Source of the DNA: Parcubacteria group bacterium M6-OD1-3
Lineage (GTDB): Bacteria > Patescibacteriota > Minisyncoccia > Moranbacterales > UBA9337
Direction of reading: 5' to 3'
Assembly: GCA_003056165.1 (NCBI GenBank)
Contig: LSNR01000002.1
Coordinates: 2,726 to 66,725, forward strand
DNA: 64,000 bases
The position numbers and the translations under genes were made by a program. The stretch's first letter is position 1; every line of letters starts with the position of its first letter. Under the pieces are notes generated by a model that did not search any database, had not been told where the DNA came from, and was given only the letters and a program-made list of their open reading frames with translations. Below, in pieces: positions 63,489 to 64,000 of this stretch.

Positions 63489-64000
63489 TTAAAATATTAA
63501 CATATGAAGTTTACCACCTTTTCTTTCTATTTTCAAGCCAGTAAACACCTTAAATTGTCTCTTGTTTTTAGTACTTTTTATTATCTTTAAAATTTCTTCA
63601 ATATGGGTATTTTGAACATCTTTCAAATCTCCTTTAATTTTAAAAATTGATTGTCGTAAGATTTGTCGCTGAACAGCTGGATGTTTTTTCTTAAATTTTA
63701 AAATATCAATTTCAATTTCGTTCTCTTTTTCAGTCAGAATAACTTCATTCTGTATTTTTTTTGCTTCAACATCAATAAAATCATAATCATCGGCGATGCT
63801 TTCAACCGCATCTGACAAAGTTTTTTTAATTACCAAATTATATTTTTTTTCCAAATAAGGAATTAATTGCTGACGAATTTTATTTCTAAAAAATCGAATG
63901 TCTGCATTGCTTTTATCAATTCTATAATCCAATTTAGTTTCTTTTAAATAGCTCAGAATTTCTTCCCGGCTTGTCTTAAGCAATGGTCTAATAATTTTTC
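63489..64000 (-). CDS. tilS: tRNA(Ile)-lysidine synthetase, C-terminal part (N-terminus beyond window end)
   Basis: C-terminal domain similarity; canonical tilS-ftsH gene order. Confidence 0.65.
   Translation of the reverse strand, partial: KIIRPLLKTSREEILSYLKETKLDYRIDKSNADIRFFRNKIRQQLIPYLEKKYNLVIKKTLSDAVESIADDYDFIDVEAKKIQNEVILTEKENEIEIDILKFKKKHPAVQRQILRQSIFKIKGDLKDVQNTHIEEILKIIKSTKNKRQFKVFTGLKIERKGGKLHMLIF

Overview
AT-rich, compact bacterial segment, probably from a Candidate Phyla Radiation / Patescibacteria-type genome. It has a 16S rRNA gene with large insertions and an almost exclusively minus-strand gene array. The standard genetic code applies, because an RF2 gene with the canonical CTT-TGA-C +1 frameshift site is present. 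Housekeeping content: a 3'-partial sensor histidine kinase, a MacAB-like ABC efflux trio, WecA/MraY-like and GT4 glycosyltransferases, rlmN, an ABC-F ATPase, an MFS transporter, a 16S rRNA gene of about 2.1 kb, prfB, the complete F-ATPase operon (atpI-like, B, E, F, H, A, G, D, C), tatD, metG, tRNA-Ser, pyk, engB, polA, tRNA-Pro, ftsH and the tilS C-terminus. Three things stand out against this background.

1. A toxin-antitoxin / defence-like neighbourhood at 13.9-21.1 kb. It contains a Doc-type Fic protein (catalytic His replaced by Gln) coupled to a small AbrB-like gene and preceded by operator-like direct repeats. It also contains a GIY-YIG pseudogene, a possible HEPN-like protein with a transmembrane partner, RadC, a DUF2075 ATPase and MazG.

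2. Heavy colonisation of the ATP synthase operon's intergenic spacers by two families of miniature elements with inverted terminal repeats. One family carries a GIY-YIG nuclease and the other a four-helix-bundle 'IVS' protein. Both have internally deleted MITE-like copies, and one repeat motif recurs inside a 16S rRNA insertion.

3. A 10.2-kb island bounded by perfect 48-bp direct repeats, which is the best candidate for an undescribed system. It encodes three proteins that share a C-terminal PEP-utiliser 'swivel' phosphohistidine domain but have different N-terminal modules (unknown domain, GHKL ATPase, PEP-synthase-type ATP-grasp). It also encodes two SixA-like histidine phosphatases with anomalously high GC, a paralogue of the unknown domain and a TrmB regulator. 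A RhuM-Fic/Doc gene is inserted inside the ATP-grasp gene, splitting it into two ORFs. A REP-flanked RAYT transposase lies just outside the island.
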